DNA from: Marsupella aquatica | Lineage: Eukaryota; Plantae; Marchantiophyta | Direction: 5' to 3' | Length of the DNA: 64,000 nt | Assembly (NCBI GenBank): GCA_973895155.1 | Contig: OZ316891.1 | Coordinates: 4,931,708 to 4,995,707, forward strand | Part shown: positions 50,782-64,000 of the stretch, in pieces | How positions within the stretch are numbered: the stretch's first letter is position 1 | How the letters are laid out: the number at the start of each line of letters is the position of its first letter | Made by a program: the position numbers and the translations under genes | Notes under the pieces: model-generated | Seen by the model: only the letters and a program-made list of their open reading frames with translations | Told to the model about the DNA's origin: nothing | Database searches by the model: none

Positions 50782-51738
50782 ATGGAGGTCGACAGCGTTG
50801 CAGGAGAGGGAAGAGAACCTGTACCGACGAACCCAGAAATTAATGGCGCAAAAGAGGGGACAGAAGCTCTACCGACGAAGCCAAAATTTAAGCCACTTTC
50901 GGCACATGAAGTTGGTGGTGGGAAGTTCCAGTATAGGAAAGTCTTCGTCCCTGCCCATCGTTACTCGCCACTGAAGAATCACTGGATGGACATTTATACA
51001 CCTATTACTGAGCAGATGAACATCGACATTAGAATGAACTTGAAGGTATGCCCACATTCATTGCCGTAGCTCTCCACAACTATCCAGACCATGCACTATG
51101 GTCTATGATGACGAGGCTCGTATAGAGAATAGATGAATCTCTGTAATTGAGCAGATAAACATGAACATAAGAATTAACGTAGGGTGCTTAAAACCTTTTC
51201 CCCCTTGTTCTCTGTTTCTACAATGAGCATTATGTGTTTGTGGTTTCGAAAATGAGATTCTTTGATGTGTTTGCGTTGTGGATAAATTATAGATTTTCTG
51301 TTTTGTCTTCGACAGAGCAAGAAGGTGGAGCTGAAGACTCGGCGAAATACTCCGGACGCAGGCGCTTTACAAAAGTGTGCCGATTTTGTCCATGCTTATA
51401 TCTTAGGGTTCGACATTCAGGACGCTATTGCCCTGCTGAGGCTGGATGATCTGTACGTGGAGTCTTTTGAGATTAAGGATGTTAAAACCCTGCGTGGTGA
51501 GCATCTGTCTAGGGCTATAGGCCGCCTTTCAGGAAAAGGTGGCAAAACCAAGTTCGCCATTGAAAACTCTACTCGGACTCGAATTGTGATTGCTGACACT
51601 CGCATTCACATTTTAGGTTCGTTTGCTAATATTCGAGTGGCACGAGACTCACTCTGTAACCTCATTTTGGGATCTCCTGCCGGGAAAGTTTATTCGAAAT
51701 TGAGAGCTGTAGCCACACGTTTGGCTGAGCAGCATTAG
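50782..51738 (+). CDS. PNO1: RNA-binding protein PNO1/DIM2 (KH domain, 40S maturation)
   Basis: Exons 50782-51045 and 51316-51738; RKVFVPAHRYSPLKNHW, GFDIQDAIALLRLDDLY, SRAIGRLSGKGGKTKFAIENSTRTRIV, GSPAGKVY. Confidence 0.97.
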
Positions 51739-53706
51739 CAAAATCGTCAGAATCGTCTTGTCTTCCTTGCATTGTTTGTTGTGTCCAGCTTAATGCTTAG
51801 TTCATCCGAAACTCTGATCCTTCGCTTGTACTAACTAGCTGGCGGTGTCCTGATTTGGCACGGTGTTTAAAGGCTAGACGTCCTGTAATGACCGACATAA
51901 ACTGGGTTTGCAAAAACTCAGAATTGAACAACAGTTCTTCCCAGAAGTAGCCCAGGCCTCAGCATTCAAGAGGTAAATCATCTGGCTGCCAGATCAATGA
52001 TCAGGAGACTCGCATCAAAATGATAAGAATCAAGCTTGCAACCTTTTTTCTAGCCCACGGGCAGGCTCTGGCTCATCTCAAATTGGGCAACCCCGTCACT
52101 ACAGCCGCTTCATTATAACAGCCATCGCAAGCTGATCCTCACAAGGTGGCACCGATTGGTTAGAAGATGAAGGAGTTCCATCGAGATTCGCTGTCCAGCC
52201 AATTCTTCACCGTGTCAACTCATGAGATAATAACTCAACGATCTGTCAATCCGTCACAATCTAAAGCAGATCCGCTGTCTAGCAAACTTTTTCTAGAGAC
52301 AGTTCAGCCAAAACGTCAGCACTCTGGCTGACGAGTTACTAACCGTAGGTACCCAATTGTGGATGTCAACACATCGTGATCTATTGGCAAGCGTTTCATT
52401 CTGTTGGTGGATCTTAGAAATTGCAGAAGTACAACTTTGTCATAACATGCGCATTTTATGGCTGTTGGAAATGTGACGAGGATCAACACGGTTGCCAAAC
52501 CAGTTAGTCTCCCTGCTGATGGAGTCTTAGTATCACAGGGTTGTAAGACAAGAGTTCTTGCGAGGATGCAAAATTAGCATGGTGATTTCAAGAATTTGTG
52601 TCAGGTTTGAAGCAAACTAAAGGGCAGCAAACTATGGGCATTATCCCAAGACAAGGCACCTCGGCAGCATCGGACTCTAATCTCGATAATGAGAGGGGAA
52701 CAGGTTTACTTCACTCTTTCTTGTCAGGAGAATTCTAGAGTAAGTTGACACGATTGTGACAAAAGCGAGTTAAGTAAACCTGTATTAATTTCTTTGTGGG
52801 TCCGGCGATTTCGGTCTGAGTGGGTGGCTAGCTATCCACCTCTCACGGATGAGCTGCTGCCGACGAAGGATTCGACAACCACCGAAGCCTTCCGTATCAT
52901 CTGACTGCTGTTGGATAACAGACGACTCGAATTTCCTGTTGCTGTGCTAGCACATATTTGCGTGCTCTGGCCAAATGTGAAGATTCATGTAGTACACTGG
53001 ATTCCTTCCGGCCAAAGTGCTCACTTCGGGCTGTATTGGTATTCAGCTCTGCGATTAATTAGTATGTTCTCGACTTCTAACGTTGTCTCGTGATCTGGGT
53101 ACCCTGAAAAGCTCACTAGTGTGATCCTCGACTTCGAAGAATGCTTAACAAGGCATGGTGCAAAGGGCGATTAATTCGTCACTATATTTTGCTGGACCCA
53201 TAGCATTCTATCTCAAGCCGATGTGTACAATTTTGCCAGACGTTAAACTTTCAAACCCACTGACACATTATTCTGAGGATTATGACACATGAAAGTAACT
53301 AGTTAGCATGAGCAGGCGAAAGAATCTCAGGTCACCGAACAAAGATCCAAAATATATTTCAGCTGGGGACATCTTTTCTGAACATCATTTCCACAAACTG
53401 GACCTAATGTACATACATCTCCTGCGTGTGTACCAGTGACATACCCCAGCCACAGTAACCGCCACCATAACCAGGGTTTTGTTTGCCGTGGATTCAAGAC
53501 AGGAGGTGGGTGATGTGAGAAATAAATGTTGCTGCTTACCAACCAAATGACCTCAACGACAAAAGGTGCTTCCTTAACTAGACGCTTTGCTGAGATCTGA
53601 GACCGTGGGGACTTCCTTCCTAGACCGGCAAAATTGGGGATAATCATTCTTTCCAGGAAAATCTTAACTGAAGAAGTGCATTTCTTCAAATCCTAGTTGT
53701 GGACAT

Positions 53707-56481
53707 TCAGAAAGGTGGTTCCTGTGACGATAAAATGGCAGTGAGAGAAGCTGGCAGATTGGGTGATTCAACCCTGTCAGGAGAAGATGGCTCATCTAAT
53801 GACGTAACTTTCGTTACAGTCATGCCCTTCCCAAAGGCGGCAATGAGCAATGCCTCCGCTCGACCTGCAATATGAAAGAACGTCAGCTGAATCCTGAAAT
53901 GCTCGAACCCAGAACAAAAGTCAGGGATGTTAGCTTCATAGGGTTTTCTCACCGTGATCTTTCTTTCGCCTGAGTTGTTGAGATAGCAAAGGAAACATCG
54001 ATGATGCCAATGCTCGACTATCATCCTGCATGAGATTGTCAAACCCAGTTATTCGTCACAGATAGAGCCGCAGGGAATCAATAGCACATACATTTGTCTA
54101 AGGTTATATAAGAACGCACTGGAATAGTTTCCTAACGTAAAGAAAACAGCACAACATTTCTGGAAGAAACTGATAGAGCCCTACTGTTTTCCCTATAGAA
54201 TTGAGCTTATAAATTGTATTTCAACTGCATGAATGAACTTCAAATCATTAAAAGTGTGGGATAAACGAGGATACACACCTTTGTAAATTCTTTGCCGCAT
54301 AAGCCCATAGCAGTTTTCCAGACTCTTCCTTGGACGGGAACAACAGTAAATCCAACTGCTGCTAGTATTCCTAACCAAACTCCATATCCATAACCTGTTA
54401 CGTACCAACCCTGCACATTTAGGTAATTTAAAATTAACACATACAAGTGCTGATTTACACACCTCTGACAACTGTGACTCGCTCACCATAAGTACAACCC
54501 ATAACGCTTAATTATGATCTGGATTATCTAGAAGTGCAGTGGTGAGTGAATTGGCAAAACAAGATACACACGGTAAACGGACCTGTTTACCATCCGTCGG
54601 AAACGGCCTTGCTTGCTCCACATAGGCTATACTACCTGCAAGGTGACTTGCGTAAGAATGATAAGCAATATTCGTCGAGGTTGGCCTACAAGGAAGACAA
54701 GTTTAGGAACCCCTTCATTGAAAAATTAATATAATCTTATTTAGGCAATGTACTCTAATGACCATGATATCAGAACTTGTACGCTCTGCACCTCACCCCC
54801 GCACTGGACCTTCGCATCTGATCCTCTTGACATCATAGAATATAGGAATCAATGTGAGTTCATGAGTTTATTCTTTAAACAAAGGTGGATTACGAACAAA
54901 TTTAAATTATACACAGTGATTTTCTAAATAGTAGGATAATGATCGGTCCAAGTATGTTACCTTGCCACCGATGGCAGTTCTTTTACACAACGTAAGCATC
55001 TACATTTGAGCAGACGAGCATGCAGCAAGGAAACAGGGAGGACATGAGCAACCATCCGAGTGTGGAGGACTAGTTTACCTGGAGGAGCTTGCAGCTGCCT
55101 CACTATAGCAGCAATAGACGTGTAATCATGGCGCCGTCGCATTCTCTTGTTGACAGCCACTGTGATGCAAGGAACATCAATTACCTGACTCACAAATACG
55201 ACAATATATCAACACAGGTGTCCAAATTTAATTTCCAAGGACAGTTGGAGCACGGGAGATAGCTATATAGGATCCATTTCTAAAGGAGTTTAGGAAATGA
55301 ATTGTAAAGGAAGGACAGAACCGAATCTCAAGGGTTAGAGTGAAGAAAATTAACAACAAGGGTAGCACAGACGATAACGTCTGGGTTGAGAGTTGAGAAA
55401 ACACAATCCACCCCCGAGAAGTGGATTCCATAGCTCTGCCCATGACGTTGCTCACGAGGAAGTATCAAGTCTTAAAAACAAGTTGAAAGAAAGCACCAGC
55501 TATAATTAATAAGATGTGTGGCTGAAATGAAGGCACCTCAGCTACGGTGCAGTTGTCCTGACACTTCAGGACAGCTATGGCTCCAGATAAATCAGGATCG
55601 ATGCCCACGCATACCGAGTTCGAAGCAACCGGCAAGTGACCCATAAGACCGCTTGTCATTGCCGCCAGTTCCTCCTCCAATTGTTCGTCGACGTTTTCAG
55701 CCTCGCCAACCATGCTTCCAAGTTGAAACTGATCGTCGTTGCTGTATGCCTCAGGAGTGTCATATTGCAAATTTTCTTCTGATGCCTAGGTCACAAAGCT
55801 CCGATTGGCCTTCAGGAAAGGAAAAGCAACTAAGCTTCTGAGTTACAAACTCTAGTGCTCAAAGATAATTGCCAAGTGCTAAGTATAAAAGCAAATGACC
55901 GAGATTCCAAAACAGATATTTGAGCTACAGCTACTTATATTTGGTCGAATACTTGGCATGACATGATAGTCCATGTTGGAGCTCGTTATCTTTGGAAATG
56001 ATGGTTCTGTTCTCTACTATGGGAAACAGAGACATTCACAGTGCCAGCTTTTCGAGAACCAGGAATCCTTACTTCACTTAAGGTTAAAGCTTGGAAAAAC
56101 TCGGCGTTTGAATTACAAGAGCAAGTGAATTACAAACGGACATCACACCAGCGAGAAGGACGCAAATGTACTCAGGATGACGATTCTAACCTTCGAAGCT
56201 TTGCTCCTCCGCTGAGTTTTGACTGTCTGGGGACCAGATTTCGACTCGCATGCTTTAGTCCCCCTCTCCTGCTGCCGAACCCTAAATCCGAAACTCACCA
56301 CAGACATGAATTTTCCCCATCGTACAGCATCTGCAGGAGCTGTTCTTCCTGCACCGAAATGTAAACCGGCCATTCTCTTCTTCCCGCACCCCAGACACAC
56401 ATCCTGCAGAGGTGCGGCTAAAGCACTACTTGACGCCATTTTGGCCAGGCAAGAGCGGAATAACAAGACTGGAGCTCCCAT
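53707..56481 (-). CDS. MOC1: Holliday junction resolvase MOC1, chloroplastic (RuvC-like)
   Basis: CVGIDPDLSGAIAVL|VIDVP...RRRHD|YVEQARPFPTDGKQ|GWYVTGYGYGVWLGIL...WK|DDSRALASSMFP...RKKDHG|RAEALLIAAFG; transit-like first exon (start 56481 or 56439). Confidence 0.93.
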
Positions 56482-56514
56482 GTTTAGTTCTAGAGGAAGA
56501 GCAAAGGCAACGAC

Positions 56515-57250
56515 TGTTCTCTATCTATTCATCAATTGCTTTGAAGCCAGTCTTCATGGCTTAAGGACATGTTGAAACTTCTTCTTTCTGCTGCTGCTGC
56601 TCTGCTCTCTCTCTCTATTCATCAATTGCTTTGAATGCCAGTCCTCATGACTTGAAGGACATCTTCGAAGAGCAACTACTCTTCTTCTGCTGCTGCTCCT
56701 CCTCCTCCTCTCTATCTATTGGTAAAAAGGCAATCTTCGTGACTCGAAGGATTTCCTCGAAGAGCTTCTCTTCTGCTGCTATTCTCTATCTATTCGTCAA
56801 TTGCTTTGAAAGCACTAGAATCTGGATATCATGTCTTCCTTTCTTACTTGCACTATTGGCCTCCAGCATTTGGTTTGTGATTGGTTTGTGAAATGCTTTG
56901 TGATTTTTTTTACTTTTGGAAATCTGTGAAACCCCACAGAAAGGAAGGCCATTTACAGCATTTGAACCCAATATCTAAGAGTACCTACTCAAGTGAACTA
57001 CCACAATGTCATTTGAACCCAATATCTATGAGTACCTACTCAAAGCATTTGAACCCAATATCTATGAGCCCTGCTGGTAATCACACATCAAAATGTGGTT
57101 TCATTCATTGAATGAAAGAAAAAAATTAGGTTTATCACAGTATGCAAGGGTGCCGTACATAGTATATGTCATCTATGAGTACCTACTCAAGTGAACTACC
57201 ACAATGTCATTTGAACGGGATATCTATGAGTACCTACTCAAGTGAAGTAC
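56515..57250. repeat. Two small degenerate tandem arrays in the MOC1 upstream region
   Basis: CT(A/C)TCTATTC(A/G)TCAATTGCTTTGAA three times (~56521, 56611, 56786); ATCTATGAGTACCTACTCAAG/CATTTGAACCCAAT units at 56960-57250. Confidence 0.8.
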
Positions 57251-57505
57251 ATCTCATCCATTATTTGGTTGAGATGGGATGTTGGATCTGTTTTGCTCAT
57301 TTTGCTCATGTATTTTTCACTACCCTTAGTTGTAGAAAACGATGCTAGGATGGACCTCAGGGTTTGATGGTGTGCTTAGATAGACTCTCACAACCAGGAC
57401 ACATCTCATCCAAATATTAATATTGCTCATTTTATTTCATTAGTCTTGAACGCAGACTTAGCAGGTCTAGCCTATATACAAGCATGATCCAAATGTCAAA
57501 ATTTT

Positions 57506-57849
57506 TGTTGAGCATAGACGACATTCGCAACGGCAAGTCCATGAACCATCCAACGCACAAGAGTCGACACAGAGAGATACGTGGTTCACCTCCACATGAA
57601 GCTACGTCCATGGGAACACACAAGAGCTTTACTGCACTCTAGGCCGATAGGCCATACGAAGCATCCATAGCACAAGCTCTCCCTATCTCTCAACTAAGTC
57701 TGTAACAATGAGCCTAAGTTCCACCAGGGTTTGGCATCAGCCCTGGCTATATACACAACAACACTACCGCTAACAATAGCTAAGTCCTAACCCGAGTTAG
57801 CCTAACTGTAATTAGCTCATGAGTCACAAGACTAGAGCAATATCTAACA
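57506..57849 (-). repeat. 3' LTR (344 bp, TGTT...AACA) with adjacent polypurine tract
   Basis: TG...CA ends; PPT AAGGAGGAG on the minus strand at ~57852-57860; matches 63728-64000. Confidence 0.93.
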
Positions 57850-60800
57850 AACTCCTCCTTGACTCTTGTCTTGGGGACTGGACTAAATGCTACCATATGG
57901 AATCCTCAACGGGAAGTTCTAGACAATCACCAAACCAGGTCTCCCCCTAAAAACCACAAGGGTTAACTAAAGGTTAACTAGAACTAAGCCGTAGTCAAAC
58001 ATGAATGAGTAATCCATATACAAATAGTCACACATTGCTAAATAACTCTACTTGCACTACAACTGCAAAACCTGCAAAGTAGCACGGTGTCTTGAGAAAC
58101 TCTCCAAAGGAATCACTTTGGTAAAGGCATCAGCGGGATTGAGCTTTCCATCAATCTTGACTAGCTCAAAAGTTGTATCAGACACTGCTTGCCTGATAAA
58201 ATGGTACCTGATATCAATGTGCTTCACCCTGCTATCCATCACCTGGTTAGCAGCCAAGTGAAGAGCACTCTGACTATCACAGTTTAGAGTCATTTTGCCA
58301 TGCTCTAAACCCATCTCCGCGATCAACTTGTCCAACCAAATTGCTTCCTTTGCTACTTCTACTGCTGCAACATACTTTGCTTCTGTAGTAGACTGAGATA
58401 TGCACTTCTGCAAGGTAGATTTCCAACTGATACATCCTCCTCCTAGAGTGTATACAAACCCAGATGTAGACCTCCTTGTATCCACACAGCCTCCATAGTC
58501 AGAATCTACATAGTCAACTAATAGAATGTTAGAATCAAATAGTAATCCATAGTCTTGTGTTCCCTTCACATACCTGAGAATCCATTTCACAGCTTCCCAA
58601 TGTACCTTCCCTGGATTTGACATGAATCTGCTAACCTTGCCCATCGATAGGGCAAGTCAGGCCTAGTACAAGTCATCAAATACATCAGACTGCCTACTGC
58701 CTTCTCATAAGGAATCTTAGTCATCAGACCTTTCTCCACAGCATCCATAGGAGAGAAAGCCGATGATAACTTGCAATGTGAAGGTAAAGGAATACTCACT
58801 GGCTTGCAGTTCTCCATGTTGAATCGTGCAAGTACTTTCCTTGCATACTGGCCTTGACTCAAGCATAACTGTCTAGTATCAGAGTTCCTAAAAATCTCCA
58901 TCCCTAAGATCCTGTTGGCCTTACCAAGATCCTTCATCCTGAATTCAACACTCAATTTTGCCTTGAGACTGTCAACCTCAGATTGATCTTTAGCCACAAT
59001 CAGCATGTCATTCACATAGATCACCAAAATGATGAAACCAAATACATCATTCTTGACTGATTTCGTAGAAGTTGCCATAGAGAAAAGCAGTAACAACATC
59101 CATCTGATCCATCACCAGACCAAAAAACACAACAAGCTGACACAAGATCCGAATTGTGGAATACTTAGCCACCGGTGAAAAGACCTCATTGTAGTCCACT
59201 CTTTTATCCTGAGTGAACCCTTTGGCAACAAGCCTTGCCTTGTAGATCTTATCTCCACCCTCTGAAGGACTGTCCTTCAACTTGTAAATCCACTTGCTGT
59301 CCATCACTTGCTGACCTCTTGGAAGCACCACCAGCTCTCATGTCTTGTTGTCACTCAAAGATTGCAACTCCCTTTGCATTGCTGCATTCCACTCATGCTT
59401 CTACTCTGAAGCACAAGCCTCACTGTACGAAGAAGGCTCTCCTTCTTCCAAGATCAAAGCCATGTCATCATCATCAGGTGCAATATCAATATCATCTAGC
59501 TTAGATGAGTCTGCCCATTGACCATACCTGGTAGGAGCTCTAGTAGAACGACTGGAAGTTCTTCTAGTAGATGACTTAGGCTGATCTGCTACTGCTGCTG
59601 GCTGATTTTGAGGTACCCCAGCAACAATCTGCTCCTCTTGTTCCATCACAGGAACCAGCTCCAAGCCCGGAGCTTCTCCATCTCTTCTGTCATGAACAGC
59701 ATCATGACTAATCTCCCCCTCAACCCGATCCGGGATGGGAGATTTCCCCTTGTCAGTATGAGATTCCTGAGAACTCTCCCCCTCCTTTGATGATCTGGAT
59801 TCATTAAAGGACACATCTCTACTGACAATTAGTTTAGAGGTTACTGGATCCCATAACCTATAACCCTTCACACCTTTCTGATAGCCAAGAAAAATGCACT
59901 TCTTTGACTTGGACTCCAGCTTGGATCAAAGCTGGGAAGGTGTAAGCACATAAGCATCACATCCAAAAATCCTCAGATGTGAGTAATCTGCTGGACGCCC
60001 GTACCTCATTTCAAATGGCGTCTTGAATCCAATAGAACTGGATGGAGAAAAATTTACCAAATAAGTTGTAGTGTTGATAGCTTCAGCCCAAAACTCATGT
60101 GGTAAGCATGATTGACTCAACATACTCCTCGAGCGATCCAATAGTGTTCGGTTGAGTCTCTCAGAAACACCATTCTGCTGAGGAGTATAACTTGTTGTGA
60201 GATGACGGGTAATCCCCTGCTCCTTATAATACATTCCAAATTCACCAAAACTATATTCACCGCCATTATCCGATCGAAGATATCTCACCTTATTACTAGT
60301 CTGATTCTCTACTTGGGCTTTTCACTCCTTAAAACTGGCAAAAATATCAGACTTATTGTGTAGAAAGTATATCCACACATACCTTGAGTAATCGTCTATG
60401 AACGTGACATAGTATAACCGTCCAGAATGTGGGGGAGTAGGGGCTGGACCCCACACATTACTATGTACATACTCAAGTACCTGCTTGCTGGTGTGAGTTC
60501 CAACTCCAAAGGGTTTCCTGTGCTGTTTCCCTAGCATACAATGCTCACAAATTCCAACTTACAAGATTGCAAATTAGAAAGTAATCATTTCTTTTGAAGA
60601 ATAGCCAAACCTTTTTCACTCATGTGACCCAAATGGAAGTGCCACCGCCGGGCCGTCTCCTCATGAGATAAGGTTACATTGGCTTCATCACAGACTACTC
60701 TGCCCTCCAAAACGTATAGATTGTTATGTCTCTTTCCCTTCAATACAACTTTAGTACCAGTTGAAACATGAAGGATACCATTAGCAGAGCTCCACTGATG

Positions 60801-63713
60801 GTCATTTACTTCTAAAACTCCAAATGAAATGAGATTTTTCATCATGCTGGGAATATGTCTCACATTCCTCAAAGTTCTCACAGCACCATCAAACATTTGA
60901 AATCAGATCCAAGTCCAACAACTTGACATGAGATTCCATTTCCCATCAACACTGACCCGTTGGAAACCGTGTAAGAACTGAAAAAATCTCTCCTAGAGCA
61001 AATGTGAAAAGTACATGCACTATCTAGAATCCAGTCATCACTACCTGGATTTGACACTACGTTGAGAGCATAACCTTGGCATCACAATATGTCATCATCA
61101 TCGAGTAAATCTACCTCATGCGAGCTCGATGCCGCGTTAGCAGATGCAGTAGGGACCTTTACTCGACAATCCCTTTTCATGTGGCCTGGCTTGCCACAAT
61201 TCCAACATGCAAGAGGCTTCCTCTCTTGTGATTTCCCTCTGGATTTAGATCTCCCCTGTGATGTAGATCTAAACCTATTCAACCCATTCGTGCGCTGCGC
61301 TGCTCTTCCACGGTTCATGTTTAGCGTAGTGCAAGAAGAAGATCCTGTCTGTGATTGACCCAGCTTCTTCTGAGCATCATCAGACAATAAAGAGCTCACC
61401 ACCTTAGTATACGAAATGGACTTCAGATCTCTATACAAGAGCACCTGTTTCAAGCCTTGATAAGACGGCGGTAAGGAGCTTAGCAAAAGCAAGGTCTTAT
61501 CCTCATCTTCAACTCCTTTTCCCAGGTTTGACAGATCCACCGTTAGACTGTCAAACTCATCAAGGTGATCCTGCGTCTTGCTCCCTTCCTTGAGTCTGAG
61601 ACTCATCAAGAGAGACTTCTTGTACAGCCGATCTGACGCATCCTCCCATTAGTACTTCTCTCTAAGAGCCTTGAACAATGACGAGCAATCCGCATAATCA
61701 TCCAGCTGCTTGATGATGTGCGGCTTGAGATATAGCATAACTGCATTGACAGCAATCACCTGCTCTTGTCTCCACTGTCTCACATAAATCTCCTCCTCTC
61801 CATCATACTGCTCTCGCGAAGAGAGCAAATGAGCTAAGCCCATGGCCCGAAGGACACCCTTCACTTGCTTCTCCCACAGCAAGTAATCAGTACGTCCATC
61901 GTACTTCTCCACTTCAAACTTCACCCTCCAAATCTAGCCATCTCCCTTTTCTTCCCCACTACCGACAGCTCTGGTAGTAGTACAGCTCCACTGCACGCCG
62001 CACCGGTGATTGTACTGGGGATACTAGTTCTTCCTCAAACGGTAGCAGCTCCTCAGACTCTCCGTCTGATCGTCGCGATCCTAAAGCTCCATCGACGCCA
62101 ATTCTTCCAGTATCCTCCGAGTCACTCATATGAAACAATCACGAAAAAACGTCTTTTTTTGAAACTTCTCATAAAACTCAAAACTCAACACCGTCGCGTA
62201 GCCCACAAAGCTAGGAGTCCAATACTGACAGCCAAAATCAAAATCAAAATTCGACGCAAAAGTTATTTAAATTTTGGTCGGGGTGGGTAAAACCTTGGGA
62301 AACTCCCCCGTTTTGACCACCTCGGAGAATAACCAAAATACCCAGTACAACTGGTCGTCGGAATCGCGATGTGATCGGTGCGCCGCGTTGCTAACTCCAG
62401 TGGCAACGTCCTCGCCGAAAAAGAACAAAAAAGTTACCGTTCGGCAGACGGAATCTTTGTCGAATGGCCAAAAAATAGCTCTCTATTTTTTGGGAATATT
62501 CTTGCATAGTCCGACAGGTCTCATAGGGGGCCGTTCCCCTGTCAAAGCGGTTAAAACGGAGGGCGGAAGGTTCCGGCAATCAAGGAGAACAAAAAGAAGG
62601 AAAAAAGGTTAAAAATAGGCCCTTAAAAGGGGTGCTAAGCTCCTTAAAACAGAAAATACAGGTGTAACAAAGGCGCACCCTAAACCCTATACGCAAGGCA
62701 GGCCAGGGAGTGTATAGGGTATTTAGGCGGGAAAATACAAGGTCGAGGTGCGTTTAGGGTGGTGGCGGGCAGGCAGCTATGGCTGCGGAAGCAGCCGGAT
62801 ACGGGGTCGGGGGTGTACCATCGTTAGCACGGATACGGCGCGGGGGTGTACCATCGTTAGCCGGATACGGCGGCGGGTAAAGCGCCGGCTGGCGCTGCGG
62901 ACTGAGCCACGGGTGGGGTATACGGGAGGGTAGGGTGAAAATGGGCGAGCAAAGGGTATGGGGCCGGCCGGTAGTACACACGGAAAAGGCCCTAAAACCC
63001 CCTTTAAAAGCCACAAATTACCCCAAGAAAAAACAATGACCGAAAACACACCTTAACGGCCACCGTTTGCTCGAGTAAAAAGATGACCACTGACGGGAAT
63101 TTGTTGCCGAATTGCACCGGCACATTCTGCAGCTCCAATTGAGTAAACAATTTCCGCTACGTCGTCTTCACTCTGTGTCAAGTGCCAATCCCGGGCTCAA
63201 AATGACCGCCTCGCCGCGATCAATCCGTTGAGCCGTAGCACTTTGTATTTCTTCCACCGAGTCGGATGTCACAAAGAGAAACCTGGTTCAGATGTGAACA
63301 AGCTCCATAGCTTGTGAAAAAACCTGAACGCCTCCTTCGCTCGTCACGACGCACTCGGTAACAATTCGGCAATAATCCTGCTATCGAAACGACCAGCTCG
63401 CTTCAACCTTCAACTGGAGCTAAAATGTGCAATGCCTCCCGCACCACATAGCTGACACCGTTGAAAAACGCAAACTTTGGTCTCTCCCCCGAAATACCGT
63501 CGAACACGAATAAAACCTGAATGACGCAAACTTCAATTCCTCCGCACCACGGATACCGATCAACGAGTTTTAACCACCGTTAGAAAACCCTCTCACTAAC
63601 CTATCCGCTCAGCCACACACATTCGAGTTTCAAGCGACAAAACTCCGAATGTACCATCGACAATGAATGCTGGAAAAACCTGTCATAAAAAAACCTCGTC
63701 ACCTCCCAGGCAT

Positions 63714-63725
63714 GCTCTGATACCA
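63714..63725 (-). other. Primer binding site for tRNA-iMet
   Basis: TGGTATCAGAGC on the minus strand, 2 nt inside the 5' LTR end. Confidence 0.93.
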
Positions 63726-63727
63726 CT

Positions 63728-64000
63728 TGTTGAGCATAGACGACATTCGCAACGGCAAGCCCATGAACCATCCAACGCACAAGAGTCGACACAGAGAGAT
63801 ACGTGGTTCACCTCCACATGAGGCTACGTCCACGGGAACACACAAGAGCTTTACTGCAATCTAGGCCGATAGGCCATACCAAGCATCCACAGCACAAGCT
63901 CTCCCTATCTCTCAACTAGCTCCGTAACAATGAGCCTAAGTTCCACTAGGGTCTGGCATCGGCCCTGGCTATATACACAATAGCACTACCGCTAACAATA
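63728..64000 (-). repeat. 5' LTR (partial)
   Basis: TGTTGAGCATAGACGACATTCGC... matches the start of the 57506 LTR; about 14 mismatches over 273 bp by hand count. Confidence 0.95.

Larger units (their letters stand above)
57506..64000 (-). mobile_element. Ty1/copia LTR retrotransposon (Tnt1/Tork-like gag), defective; 5' LTR truncated by the window end
   Basis: gag MKFEVEKYDG, knuckle CWNCGKPGHMKRDC, protease WILDSA, integrase RSDNGGEY...TPQQNGVSER, GYRLWD, RT YKARLVAKG/YVNDM, RNase H ADAFTK. Copia order (INT before RT). Many stops and frameshifts. Confidence 0.97.

Noticed and set aside
42899-56481. Functional cluster of SVR1, PNO1 and MOC1
   Set aside because: Different compartments and processes; ordinary housekeeping neighbours.

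Overview
Eukaryotic nuclear DNA from a land plant. The gene set, intron style and TE content suggest a non-seed, bryophyte-grade plant (inference). Seven host genes are supported: a PI-PLC X-domain protein (+), a DUF2064/TIGR04282 CofC-like transferase (+), GDP-mannose 4,6-dehydratase (-), an ODR-4-like protein (-), plastid pseudouridine synthase SVR1 (+), PNO1/DIM2 (+) and the Holliday junction resolvase MOC1 (-). Mobile DNA comprises a nearly intact but 5'-truncated CRE-like restriction-endonuclease (RLE) non-LTR retrotransposon, an old relic of the same type, a head-to-tail array of non-autonomous Helitron-like units with nested MITEs, a MULE/SWIM relic, another MITE and a decayed Ty1/copia element running off the right edge. 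There is also a short mitochondrial rrn26 insertion and many unrelated local tandem arrays. The most notable observations are the RLE element with a VADD catalytic motif, an apparently duplicated alternative last exon in the PLC-like gene (possible secreted versus GPI-anchored isoforms), the CTAG|TC Helitron concatemer, and the intron-bearing bacterial-type TIGR04282 gene. Exon coordinates were read by eye and should be confirmed.
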